DNA of 64,000 bases. It comes from Candidatus Eiseniibacteriota bacterium (GTDB taxonomy: Bacteria; Eisenbacteria; RBG-16-71-46; CAIMUX01; VGJL01). The stretch is taken from the NCBI GenBank assembly GCA_041946735.1, contig JBHGAY010000010.1, positions 75,530-139,529 on the forward strand, read 5' to 3'. Shown one piece after another: positions 1-8,904 of this stretch; position 1 is the stretch's first letter, and each line of letters begins with the position of its first letter. The notes beneath the pieces were generated by a model that was not told the origin of the DNA, ran no database searches, and saw only the letters and a list, made by a program, of their open reading frames with translations. Position numbers and translations under genes: made by a program.

Positions 1-644
1 TGGCGCTCCGGCGAAGTCCCTCCCGAGGAAGGATAGAAGCGCGCGCTTCGCAGCATTCCGAGAACCGCCTCACGGTCCGCCTTCCAGCGCTCGACGCTGC
101 TCGCCTGATCGCGGAAAAGGACGAGCGCGTTCGGGACCGTGAAGAAGGCCATGCCTCGGTATTCGCCCCCATCGAGCGGCCCGTAGGTGTAGTACGGGAT
201 CTCCTCGCCCGCCATGGTCCGGACGATGGTGCTGTCTTTCGGGACGAACCCCTGCTTGCGTCCCTCGCTCAGGATGTACTGCACCGCTTCGGCGAAGGGA
301 ACGCCGCCGGCGCGCTCCTGCCTGTCGATCGTGAGCAAGGTCTCGATCTCCTGGCCCGGCTTCATCCCGGAGGGATGGAGGAACGCGCGGACATGGAATT
401 CCTCGGCGAGCTTCAGGTTCGTTTCCCAGCCGTCCGCCGGGGCGATCTCGAGCACGCCGCCGGGGAGGCTGTAGCGCAGCTTCGTGCCCGGCTTCTCGGT
501 GCCCGGTCCCCCTCCGAGCTGCGCGCCGCCTCCTTCCTGCGCGAGCGCGGAAGGCGGCGCGGACCACGCCGCTACGAGCAGCGCGGCGGCGAGGAGGAGG
601 AGCGCCTGAGCGAAGGGACGGATCGAGCGCTTGCCTGTGTTCAC
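1..644 (-). CDS. Secreted hypothetical protein, 3' end runs off the window (absent from ORF track)
   Basis: GTG at 644 with AAGGAG 6 nt upstream. Open frame MNTGKRSIRPFAQALLLLAAALLVAAWSAPPSALAQ (signal peptide) ...LRYSLPGGVLEIAPADGW... with no stop before position 1. Confidence 0.75.
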   Translation of the reverse strand, partial: MNTGKRSIRPFAQALLLLAAALLVAAWSAPPSALAQEGGGAQLGGGPGTEKPGTKLRYSLPGGVLEIAPADGWETNLKLAEEFHVRAFLHPSGMKPGQEIETLLTIDRQERAGGVPFAEAVQYILSEGRKQGFVPKDSTIVRTMAGEEIPYYTYGPLDGGEYRGMAFFTVPNALVLFRDQASSVERWKADREAVLGMLRSARFYPSSGGTSPER

Positions 645-713
645 CGGATCTCCTTCCTGCGGCATTCGGGCGCCGCCCGGCGAATCTATCACGCGGACCG
701 CTCCTGATGAAAC

Positions 714-787
714 GCGGCGCGACGGCCACGAGGCCGAGAGGAGGCGGCGGCGCGACGGCCACGAGGCCGAGGAGGAGGCGGCGGCGC
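714..787. repeat. Intergenic ~33-bp tandem duplication
   Basis: gcggcgcgacggccacgaggccgag(a/g)..gaggcg occurs twice with period 33. Confidence 0.8.
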
Positions 788-900
788 CGAGAAGCCGCCC
801 GAGAGCGGCGCGCGGGCTAGGGATTGGCGCCCCGCTCGCGTATCCTTTTCAGATCCCCTTCGGACGGATTCGGCCGCGCCTCCGGCTCGGGACTGCGGGT

Positions 901-934
901 CTGCGTCTTCGTCGATCCTGCGTCTTCGTCGATC
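901..934. repeat. 17-bp perfect tandem duplication just upstream of the RBS
   Basis: ctgcgtcttcgtcgatc x2. Confidence 0.85.
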
Positions 935-955
935 GGTCAACGGAAAGGTGGAACC

Positions 956-3604
956 ATGGATCGCTTCTCCTCGTCCCCTCGGTCTCTCGCCCCCACCATC
1001 CTGCTGGGCCTTCTCGCCTGCGCCGCGCTCGGTTACTGGGCGCGCACTCCCGTTTCCACCGGCGGCGTCCCGAGGCAGCACGCCAGTGGCCGGATCGCGC
1101 AACAAGAAGGGCGCGAGGCGAGCGCGAGCCTCGAGTCCGCCGAGGAAAAGCCGGCGGATTGGTTCCTCCGCCAGCGCGCCTACCCGGGCGCGACGGTGCC
1201 GATGGATCGCTACCGGGCGGCGCTCGAGCAGGCGCAGCAACTGCGCGCAGAGGGAGAGGACGGGCCGCGCGGCGCGATCCTTTGGCAAGAGGCGGGACCG
1301 ACGAACATCATGGGTCGTGTCACCTGCATCACCGCGCATCCCGACAGGCCGGGACGGATCTTCGTCGGCTCGGCGGCCGGCGGGGTCTTTCGCAGCACGA
1401 ACGACGGCGCTTCCTGGGAGCCGGTGACCGACGGATATGGTGCCTTCTCGATCGGCGATCTCGCGACCGATCCGAACGACCCCGACGTGATCTACGTCGG
1501 GACGGGCGAAGCCAACTCGAGTGGAGACTCCTACGCCGGCCTCGGAATGTTGAAGTCGACGAACGGCGGAGACACGTGGTCGTTCTCCGGACTTCCGGAG
1601 TCCCGTCACATCGGCCGGATCGCGATCGACCCCTCGAACTCCTCGCGGATCTTCGTCGCCGCGACCGGAACGCTCTTCGGCAAGAACCAGGAGCGCGGGA
1701 TCTATCGCAGCGACGACGCCGGAGCGAGCTGGACGCGGAAGCTGTTCGTGAGCGACTCGACCGCCGCGATCGATGTCGCGCTCGATCCCTCCAACACGAG
1801 CGTCGTCTATGCGGCGATGTGGGAGCGGATCCGCAAAGCGTCCTACCGGAGGGCCGGCGGGATCACGAGCGGCATTTGGAAGTCGACCGACGCGGGGGAG
1901 ACCTGGACGCGGCTCGCGGGCGGCCTGCCCGCTCCGTCGCCGACCGTCGGGCGGATCGGCCTCGCCGTCGCGCCGTCCGCGCCCTCGACTGTCTATGCCG
2001 TCTACGCGGACGATCCCGGATACTTCGCCGGCGTCTACAAGTCGACGAACGCCGGCGCAAGCTGGACGCGCGCGAACGACGGCGCGATCTCCGACGTCTA
2101 TAGCAACTTCGGCTGGTACTTCGGCCAGATCCGCGTCGATCCGGCAGACGCGAACAAGATCTATGTGCTCGGCGTTCCGCTCTATCGCTCGACGAACGGA
2201 GGCGGGAGCTGGGGACAGATCGGCGGCTCGATGCATGTCGATCACCATGCGCTCTGGATCGACCCGTCGAACCCGCAGCGGATGCTCGAGGGGAACGACG
2301 GCGGCGCGTTCCGCTCGACGAACGGCGGCGGGGGCTGGACCGGATTCGGCAACCTCCCGATCACGCAGTTCTACGCGATCACGATCGACAACCTGCTGCC
2401 GCAGCGCCTCTACGGAGGCACGCAGGACAATGGAACGCTGCGGACGACGACCGGCAACATCGGCGACTGGCACTCCATCTACGGCGGTGACGGCTTCTAC
2501 TGCCTCACCGAGCCGAACAACTCGAGCGTGATCTACGCGGAGTACCAGTACGGCGGCCTCGGCAAGTCGACGAACGACGGGGGATGGTTCAACGACGCCA
2601 CCAACGGCATCAACTGGAACGACCGCCGCAACTGGTCGACGCCCGTGGTGATGGATCCGACGAACAGCCAGGTGCTCTACTACGGCACCTATCGCGTCTA
2701 CAAGACGACGAACGGCGCTGCGAGTTGGACGGCGATCTCCGGCGATCTGACGGGTGGGACGACCGGAGGGAATCTGCAGTTCCCGACGATCACGACCATC
2801 GCGGTCGCGCCATCCAACCCGCAGACCGTCTACGCCGGGACGGACGACGCCCATGTCTGGGTCACCACGAACGGCGGCGGAAACTGGACGGACGTCTCGG
2901 CCGGCCTTCCGGACCGCTGGGTCACGCGCGTCGCGGTGGACCCGCTCAACCGGGACATCGCCTACGTGACGCTCTCCGGGTACAAGGAGGATTCCCTGGC
3001 TCCGCACGTCTTCCGGACGACGAATCGCGGGGCGATCTGGACGGACATCTCCGGCAACCTGCCGGACGGTCCCGTCAACGCGCTCGTGGTCGATCCTGAC
3101 GCGCCGAGCACCACGCTCTACGTGGGGACCGACTTCGGAGTCTTCGTCACACGCAACCTTGGCGCCCGCTGGGACGTCCTGGGGGCGGGACTTCCGATCA
3201 ATCCGATCCACGATCTGGTACTCCACGCCGGCACGCGCACGCTGGTGGCCGGGACGCACGGCCGGTCGATGTTCAAGCTGGCGCTGCCGACGGCCGCGGG
3301 CGCCGCGTCGCCCGATGCGCCGCGCGGCGCGATCGCGATCGCGCTCTCCGGGCCGAACCCGTTCCGGGACGGCACCGCCCTCTTCTTCGATCTGCGGCGC
3401 GAAGCGCAGGTCTCGGTGCGGGTGGTGGACGCGGGGGGGCGCCTGGTTCGCTCGCTCGCGGAGGGAAGCTTCGCGGCAGGCCGTCATGATCTTTCCTGGG
3501 ACGGCCGGGACGCGGCCGGCCGGGCCACCGCCTCCGGAACCTACTTCGTTCGTGTCGAGGCAGAGGGAGAGCGCCACGCTTTGCGGGTCGTAAAGACGCG
3601 CTGA
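956..3604 (+). CDS. Secreted BNR/Asp-box (VPS10/sortilin-like, GH74-like) beta-propeller protein with C-terminal FlgD-Ig/T9SS-like domain
   Basis: Many SxDxGxxW / STNGGxxW Asp-boxes, HVDHH and GGTQDNG motifs, N-terminal hydrophobic segment. C-terminus PNPF...DAGGRLVR...WDGRDAAG...SGTYFVR. ATG 956 follows GAAAGG. Confidence 0.85.
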   Translation: MDRFSSSPRSLAPTILLGLLACAALGYWARTPVSTGGVPRQHASGRIAQQEGREASASLESAEEKPADWFLRQRAYPGATVPMDRYRAALEQAQQLRAEGEDGPRGAILWQEAGPTNIMGRVTCITAHPDRPGRIFVGSAAGGVFRSTNDGASWEPVTDGYGAFSIGDLATDPNDPDVIYVGTGEANSSGDSYAGLGMLKSTNGGDTWSFSGLPESRHIGRIAIDPSNSSRIFVAATGTLFGKNQERGIYRSDDAGASWTRKLFVSDSTAAIDVALDPSNTSVVYAAMWERIRKASYRRAGGITSGIWKSTDAGETWTRLAGGLPAPSPTVGRIGLAVAPSAPSTVYAVYADDPGYFAGVYKSTNAGASWTRANDGAISDVYSNFGWYFGQIRVDPADANKIYVLGVPLYRSTNGGGSWGQIGGSMHVDHHALWIDPSNPQRMLEGNDGGAFRSTNGGGGWTGFGNLPITQFYAITIDNLLPQRLYGGTQDNGTLRTTTGNIGDWHSIYGGDGFYCLTEPNNSSVIYAEYQYGGLGKSTNDGGWFNDATNGINWNDRRNWSTPVVMDPTNSQVLYYGTYRVYKTTNGAASWTAISGDLTGGTTGGNLQFPTITTIAVAPSNPQTVYAGTDDAHVWVTTNGGGNWTDVSAGLPDRWVTRVAVDPLNRDIAYVTLSGYKEDSLAPHVFRTTNRGAIWTDISGNLPDGPVNALVVDPDAPSTTLYVGTDFGVFVTRNLGARWDVLGAGLPINPIHDLVLHAGTRTLVAGTHGRSMFKLALPTAAGAASPDAPRGAIAIALSGPNPFRDGTALFFDLRREAQVSVRVVDAGGRLVRSLAEGSFAAGRHDLSWDGRDAAGRATASGTYFVRVEAEGERHALRVVKTR

Positions 3605-3646
3605 CGATTCCGGGCGAGCACCGGCGGCGGTGACGATCTGGAGAGG

Positions 3647-5146
3647 CTAGAAGCCGATCAGGATTGCGCCGACTTCGGCGTTGTCCAGATAGCGGCCGCG
3701 GACGGGATCGGTCTCGTCCGCGGCTTCCTCGAAGCGATCGATCCCCGGTCCCTTGGCGAAGATCGGGATCAGCTGATTGGTGTGATTGGTCGCGTGCCAT
3801 TCGTGTCCCGGCACGTTGCCGCGCCCACGGTTCTCGAGCGGTTTCCAGACGGGCGGATCCGCCGGCCGCTTGCCCGGTCCGGATCCGGGTCCCGTGAGGT
3901 AGCCGGTTTCGTGGTCGCCCGTCACGACGACGAGCGTCTCGTCCCAGCTCGACCTGCGCTCCACCCAGTCCACGACCGCAGCGACGGCGCCGTTGAAATC
4001 GATCTCCTCCTCGATCTCGCGGGAGAGCGAGTTGTCGTGGCAGGCCCAGTCGATCGCGCCGCCCTCGATCATCAGGAAGAAGCCGTCGGGATCGTCGTCG
4101 AGGACGTTCAGCGCGGCGCGGGCCATCTCGGCGAGGGTAGGGAGGGACTCCGCCCGCGGAACGGCGTACGGCGGCGCTTGTCTGTCTCCGCCTCGCGACT
4201 CCTGGAGAGTGCGGCCCACTTGGGGGACGCCGCAGAGGCGCCGGGGAACGGGACCGTCGGCCAAGCGCCGGAACTCCTCTCGCGACTGCACGAACGTCCA
4301 GGGATCCGGGGCGGCGTCGCCGTCGGCATCCGCGATCGTGACGTCCGGCTGTCCATCCCCCGTGGTGTCGAACACGGTGGCGCCCGCCTGCAGCGCTTCC
4401 CAGACGCTTCGTCCTCCGACGTACTTGAAGCTTGCTGGCTTCTCTTGGCGGCGGCCATCGTCGTCCCACCAAGGGTCCCCGCATCCGATGATCACTTCGA
4501 GCCGGCTGCGGAGGAGCATTTGACGGGCGATCCCTTCGTAATCGTCGCGACGGCGATCGTGAGCCACGAAGCCCGCGGGCGTCGCGTGGCTGAGCGGCAC
4601 AGAGGTGACGACGCCCGTCGCCTTTCCCCGGCGCTCGGCGACTTCGGTCGCATTCGCGATCGGCGCGCCGCTCGTGTCGACTCCGATGCCCGCGTCGTGA
4701 GTCTTGACCCCGGTCGCCAGCGCGGTGGCGGCCGCCGCGGAGTCGGTCGGCTTTCGCCGCACCCAGTCGAACTCGGACCACGCGGCTTTCGGGTCGTACG
4801 GTCCCGTTTCCACCGAGCCGGTGCAGATGGAGGCGCGGAACGGGAACGACTCGTACGGTTGCCTGCCGGTCTGCCCGTATTCGTAGAGGCTGGCGGCCTC
4901 GATCTGCGAGAAACCGCAACCGTCGCTGATCATGAGGACGATGTTGCGGGGAGCGGCCGGGGGCCGTTCGGGCCCCGGCCGCGCCGCCAAGGGCGGGCTC
5001 CCGTCGGGCAGGAGGACGGCGAAGCCGGCGGCGACGGCTAGGCTCGAGGAGAATCGATGGCGCCTGGACACAGCCGACAAGCTAGCGCTGCCGACCGGAG
5101 CCAGCAAGCAGTCTCCTGGCGCGCGAAGCTCTTGATGACCCGCCAT
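3647..5146 (-). CDS. Alkaline phosphatase (start uncertain: ATG 5146 or TTG 5107)
   Basis: NIVLMISDG, TDSAAAATA (catalytic Ser), HATPAGF, FLMIEGGAIDWACHDN, VTGDHETG and NHT motifs. Confidence 0.9.
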   Translation of the reverse strand: MAGHQELRAPGDCLLAPVGSASLSAVSRRHRFSSSLAVAAGFAVLLPDGSPPLAARPGPERPPAAPRNIVLMISDGCGFSQIEAASLYEYGQTGRQPYESFPFRASICTGSVETGPYDPKAAWSEFDWVRRKPTDSAAAATALATGVKTHDAGIGVDTSGAPIANATEVAERRGKATGVVTSVPLSHATPAGFVAHDRRRDDYEGIARQMLLRSRLEVIIGCGDPWWDDDGRRQEKPASFKYVGGRSVWEALQAGATVFDTTGDGQPDVTIADADGDAAPDPWTFVQSREEFRRLADGPVPRRLCGVPQVGRTLQESRGGDRQAPPYAVPRAESLPTLAEMARAALNVLDDDPDGFFLMIEGGAIDWACHDNSLSREIEEEIDFNGAVAAVVDWVERRSSWDETLVVVTGDHETGYLTGPGSGPGKRPADPPVWKPLENRGRGNVPGHEWHATNHTNQLIPIFAKGPGIDRFEEAADETDPVRGRYLDNAEVGAILIGF

Positions 5147-5229
5147 TCGGATCGATATTCTGAGTCCGACATCGCGATTCGCCTGTTCGTCAAGACGACC
5201 GTTGCGCGACAGGAGCCGCAGGAGGATCC

Positions 5230-6063
5230 ATGCCCCGCTCGAGCCGCTTCCGCGCCGACATCTCGGTAGCCGCGGCCGCCGTGCTGGGCGCGTTCCTGCT
5301 CTTCGCCTGCCCCTTCTTCGCCTGCCCCGCCAACGCCGTCTTCCTTTGGGGAGATCTGCGCGGCGCCTTTGTGGCCGGGTACGCCACGGCGTGGACGGAA
5401 ATCGACGACGACCACTACTACTACGACAGCGACACCGTCGATCTGCAATGGCCGGGGGCCGGTCTGCCTCTGCAGGCATCCATCGACGCGTGGACTCCCT
5501 GCGCCTGGTCGAACGCGACAGGAAACGTCGCCGCCAACCGTGTCTCGCTGTCGATTTCGGCCGACGGCACATTCGGCTATCCCTCCTCCTCCCGCGCCTA
5601 CATGAGCGGCGCTCTCCGGCGGGGATTCCGGATCGAAGGGGGTACCGGAGCCGTGCACGTCGACATTCCCTTCGCTTTGAGCGGCTCGTTATTCGGCGAT
5701 GGTCCGACGGGACGGTGGGTCGCCCGCGTCCTCGGGGAGGGCCAGCCTCTCTCGGGCTCGCACAACGCGACCTTCCCCGGCGAGTCTCATGTCTGGTCGG
5801 GCGATCTGCTCTACGGGCAGGACTACATCTTCGAGATCGGGGCGCAGGCCTACGGGGGCGGTTTCTACGAGACCGCCTTCGTGCGCGACTACGCGATCCA
5901 ACTGGCCGCGCCCATCCCCGAGCCCTCGTCTCTGTGGCTGCTCGCGGGGGGCCTTGCTGGTTTGCTCGGCCTGGCGCGGCTGCCGCGCGCGAGCCGTCCG
6001 CCGCGCAGCCCTCGAGGCATGCAGCGAGCCCGCTCGCGCTCCTCGCGCGGCACCGGCGTCTGA
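5230..6063 (+). CDS. PEP-CTERM sorting-domain surface protein
   Basis: Signal peptide. C-terminal IPEPSSLWLLAGGLAGLLGLARLPR followed by an Arg-rich tail. RBS GGAGG before ATG. Confidence 0.8.
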   Translation: MPRSSRFRADISVAAAAVLGAFLLFACPFFACPANAVFLWGDLRGAFVAGYATAWTEIDDDHYYYDSDTVDLQWPGAGLPLQASIDAWTPCAWSNATGNVAANRVSLSISADGTFGYPSSSRAYMSGALRRGFRIEGGTGAVHVDIPFALSGSLFGDGPTGRWVARVLGEGQPLSGSHNATFPGESHVWSGDLLYGQDYIFEIGAQAYGGGFYETAFVRDYAIQLAAPIPEPSSLWLLAGGLAGLLGLARLPRASRPPRSPRGMQRARSRSSRGTGV

Positions 6064-6180
6064 GTAGCCTCCCGCCGCCGGTCGACCCTCACGCACCGCG
6101 CATCGATTCGACTCGTCTCGGGATCGCGCAGCGGGACTCCGCGCATCCGAGCCCGCCGCTTGGTCCTCCGAAAGTTCGTA

Positions 6181-6189
6181 TGCTATCAT
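6181..6189 (+). promoter_or_regulatory. Candidate extended -10 promoter element
   Basis: TGCTATCAT (TGnTAnnnT) about 120 nt upstream of ATG 6309. Confidence 0.4.
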
Positions 6190-6308
6190 TTCCGAGGTCG
6201 ATCGAGCGGCATTCCCAGCGCTTCGGGGTGCGATGACGTGTGCCGTCGCTTCGATTCCGCGTTGGCCCGCATCCGCGTCCTGCCCGGACGCGAAAGGAGA
6301 ACAGGCCG

Positions 6309-8567
6309 ATGATTCCCGCTGTCTTCCGGCGGCGCGCCTCGCTAGTCCTGGTTCTGTCCCTCTCCGGAACTGCGTTTCTCCTGGCCATGTCGCGTCCGTT
6401 GGTTCCCGCTGCTTCGGCGGAGTGCGAGGACTACGACGATCGTCTCCAGTGGATTTCCCATGCTTCGACGCCGACCGGTGTCGTGAACGTGACGGTCGCC
6501 GAAGGTCACATGTACGTTCCCGGCGCCGCTCAGGGCGTGGTCGTCTTCGACGTCTCGGATCCGAGGAACCCCGTCGAGGTCGGCGCGGTCGACACGGGAG
6601 GGACGGCGACCGACGTCGCATTCAAGGGGGACTACGCCTACGTCGCCGACCTCTTCCAAGGGGTGCAGGTCCTCGACGTCCGCAATCCCCATGCTCCCTT
6701 CTGGGTCGGCAACATCGCCACGGCGATGCCGGCGGTGTCTGTCTTCCTCGCGAAGGGATATCTCTTCATCGGAGAAGCAAACTTTCCCTTCTTCTCGCCT
6801 TCGGTGCTGGAGGTCGCGTCGATCGATCCGCCTCAGTCGCCGGAGATCGTCGCCACGATGGCGACCCCGAGTTGGGCGCGTGACATCGCGATCGCCGGGG
6901 ATCAACTCTACGTAGCGGTCGAGGAGAAGGGGATGATCCGCGTGGACATCACGGATCCGGAGAATCCCGTAACGACCGCGGCGCTCGTCTTGCCGGGCGT
7001 CTGCGAGGGACTGGCGGTGGACGCCACCGGGGAGCATGCGTACCTCGCCTGTGGCCAGGCGGGCGGACTGCAGTCGGTTCGCATCTCCGAGAGCTCGCCA
7101 CTCGAAGTGCTCGGGTCGGTGGCGATTCCCTCGGTGGCGGAAGCGGTCGCTCTGTACGGGAACTACGCTTGCGTCGCCGCTCTCTACGACGGCCTCCAGG
7201 TGGTCGACGTCTCGAATCCCGCTTCGCCCACGCTGATCGGGAGCCTCGATACCCCCGTGGAGGCCTGGGGAGTCACCACCCATGGCTCCAACGCCTATGT
7301 CTGCGACAACTACAGCGTCGAGATCTACGAGCTCGGGGAGGAGCCGCGAAACGTCGAGTCGATTCCGATCGTCGAGGACATCGATGCGACCGACATCGCC
7401 CTCGACGGCTCCACGGCGATCGTCGTAGGACAAAGTTCCGGCATGAATGTCTACGATGTCGCCGATCCGCTTCATCCCGTCGTGATCGGCAGCTGCGGGA
7501 TCCCGGGATCGTGCGTCGGCCTCGACCTACAGGGGGACTACGCCTACACATCCTCCTGGTCGGGAGAGGTCGCTGTCGTGGACGTCCGCGACCCTCACGC
7601 CCCCTTCGTCGTCGGGGTCGACTCGCTCGAAACCTCGGCCTGCGACATCGACGTGGTCGGGAGCTACGCGTTTCTGGCCGCCCGCCGCTTCGCCGTCTTC
7701 GACGTTTCGAATCCGGCCGATCCCGAGCTCGTCGCGAACATTCCCACCTCGGCCGAGTCGCGCGCGCGGAAGGGGATCGTCTCCGGCGACTACGCCTACG
7801 TGGCCGACGAGGCGGCCGGGCTCGTCGTCATCGACGTCTCCTCTCCCCGGAATCCGGTCGTGGTTCGGACGGTCGGTGTCGACGGCGGTGCGTATGCCGT
7901 CGGCGTCTCGGGGGATCACGCCTACCTGTCCGGCAACGACAAGCGCTTCTACGTCATCGACGTTTCCGTCCCCGAAATGGCGGCGATCGTCGGCAGCGTC
8001 CCGCTCGAGTCGCGCGCGAATCGGATCTGGGCCGATGGGCAGGTCGCCTACGTCGCCTGCTCCTACCCGTGGGGCGTCTACGCGGTCGACGTTCAGGAGC
8101 CGACCCGTCCGTACCTTCTCGGCCAGTTGATCATTCCCTCGGTCGGCCTGGGGATCGAGGTGACCGACGATTGGGTCTACGTGGCCGGGAGCCCGTTCGT
8201 CGTCGCGGGCCCGCCGCACTGCTCCGATGCCGGCTCGAGCGTCGACGTGTCCGAGGAGATCGATGGCGGCGCCTCCGGACGTCTCCTCTCGGTCTGGCCG
8301 ACCCCGGCTTCAGGTCCGGTGACGCTCGCGTTCGACTGGCGGGCGGGCGGCACGGCCGATGCGCTCGTCGGCATCTTCGATGCATCCGGCCGTTGCGTTC
8401 GCAGGCTGGCTGCGGCCGTGGGTGGGCCGGCGGGCGGACGGCAGGTCTCTTGGGACGGCCTGGACGAGCAGGGCCGGCCGGCACCGAGCGGCACCTACTT
8501 CGCGCGGCTCGATGGAGGAGTGGCGGCCGGCAGGCGTGCGGCGACGCGCATCCTTCTCTTGCGTTGA
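6309..8567 (+). CDS. Secreted LVIVD-repeat beta-propeller protein with C-terminal FlgD-Ig/T9SS-like domain
   Basis: Repeated GDYAYVAD..GL.V.DVS.P..P units. C-terminus WPTP...IFDASGRCVR...WDGLDEQG...SGTYFARL. RBS AAGGAG. Confidence 0.85.
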   Translation: MIPAVFRRRASLVLVLSLSGTAFLLAMSRPLVPAASAECEDYDDRLQWISHASTPTGVVNVTVAEGHMYVPGAAQGVVVFDVSDPRNPVEVGAVDTGGTATDVAFKGDYAYVADLFQGVQVLDVRNPHAPFWVGNIATAMPAVSVFLAKGYLFIGEANFPFFSPSVLEVASIDPPQSPEIVATMATPSWARDIAIAGDQLYVAVEEKGMIRVDITDPENPVTTAALVLPGVCEGLAVDATGEHAYLACGQAGGLQSVRISESSPLEVLGSVAIPSVAEAVALYGNYACVAALYDGLQVVDVSNPASPTLIGSLDTPVEAWGVTTHGSNAYVCDNYSVEIYELGEEPRNVESIPIVEDIDATDIALDGSTAIVVGQSSGMNVYDVADPLHPVVIGSCGIPGSCVGLDLQGDYAYTSSWSGEVAVVDVRDPHAPFVVGVDSLETSACDIDVVGSYAFLAARRFAVFDVSNPADPELVANIPTSAESRARKGIVSGDYAYVADEAAGLVVIDVSSPRNPVVVRTVGVDGGAYAVGVSGDHAYLSGNDKRFYVIDVSVPEMAAIVGSVPLESRANRIWADGQVAYVACSYPWGVYAVDVQEPTRPYLLGQLIIPSVGLGIEVTDDWVYVAGSPFVVAGPPHCSDAGSSVDVSEEIDGGASGRLLSVWPTPASGPVTLAFDWRAGGTADALVGIFDASGRCVRRLAAAVGGPAGGRQVSWDGLDEQGRPAPSGTYFARLDGGVAAGRRAATRILLLR

Positions 8568-8904
8568 TCGACGCCGCGACGACACGGAGGCGCGGGCGTG
8601 AAGGGCCGGTCCGCTGGCCGGCCCGCACTGCGCCTCCGGGCGAACGACGCGTGGCGTGAAGAGGTGGGGCACGGCCGCCGCCGTGCCCGCCCCCGGTGCC
8701 CGCCCCGGTGCCTGCCCCCAGCCTGCCCGCTGCCTGCCCCCAGTCCGCCCCCGGCCCGTCCCTCTGCCTCGTCCGCCGGTCCCGTCCGTCTGGCCGTCCT
8801 GTCTTTCTCCATCCTCGACTTGCAGCCGCCGGAGCTACGCTGCATCCTTTCCTCCTTGCTCGGCCGCGAGGCTTCGGGAGTCGTTCGAGGAAGGTCGTTG
8901 CCGT

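Noticed and set aside
689..3577. Very long antisense or alternate-frame ORFs (e.g. 689..3577-, 21570..24758+, 26040..28589-, 41538..43385+, 49500..52379-)
   Set aside because: Shadow ORFs typical of high-GC DNA: R/G/P/A-rich, motif-free and overlapping well-supported genes.
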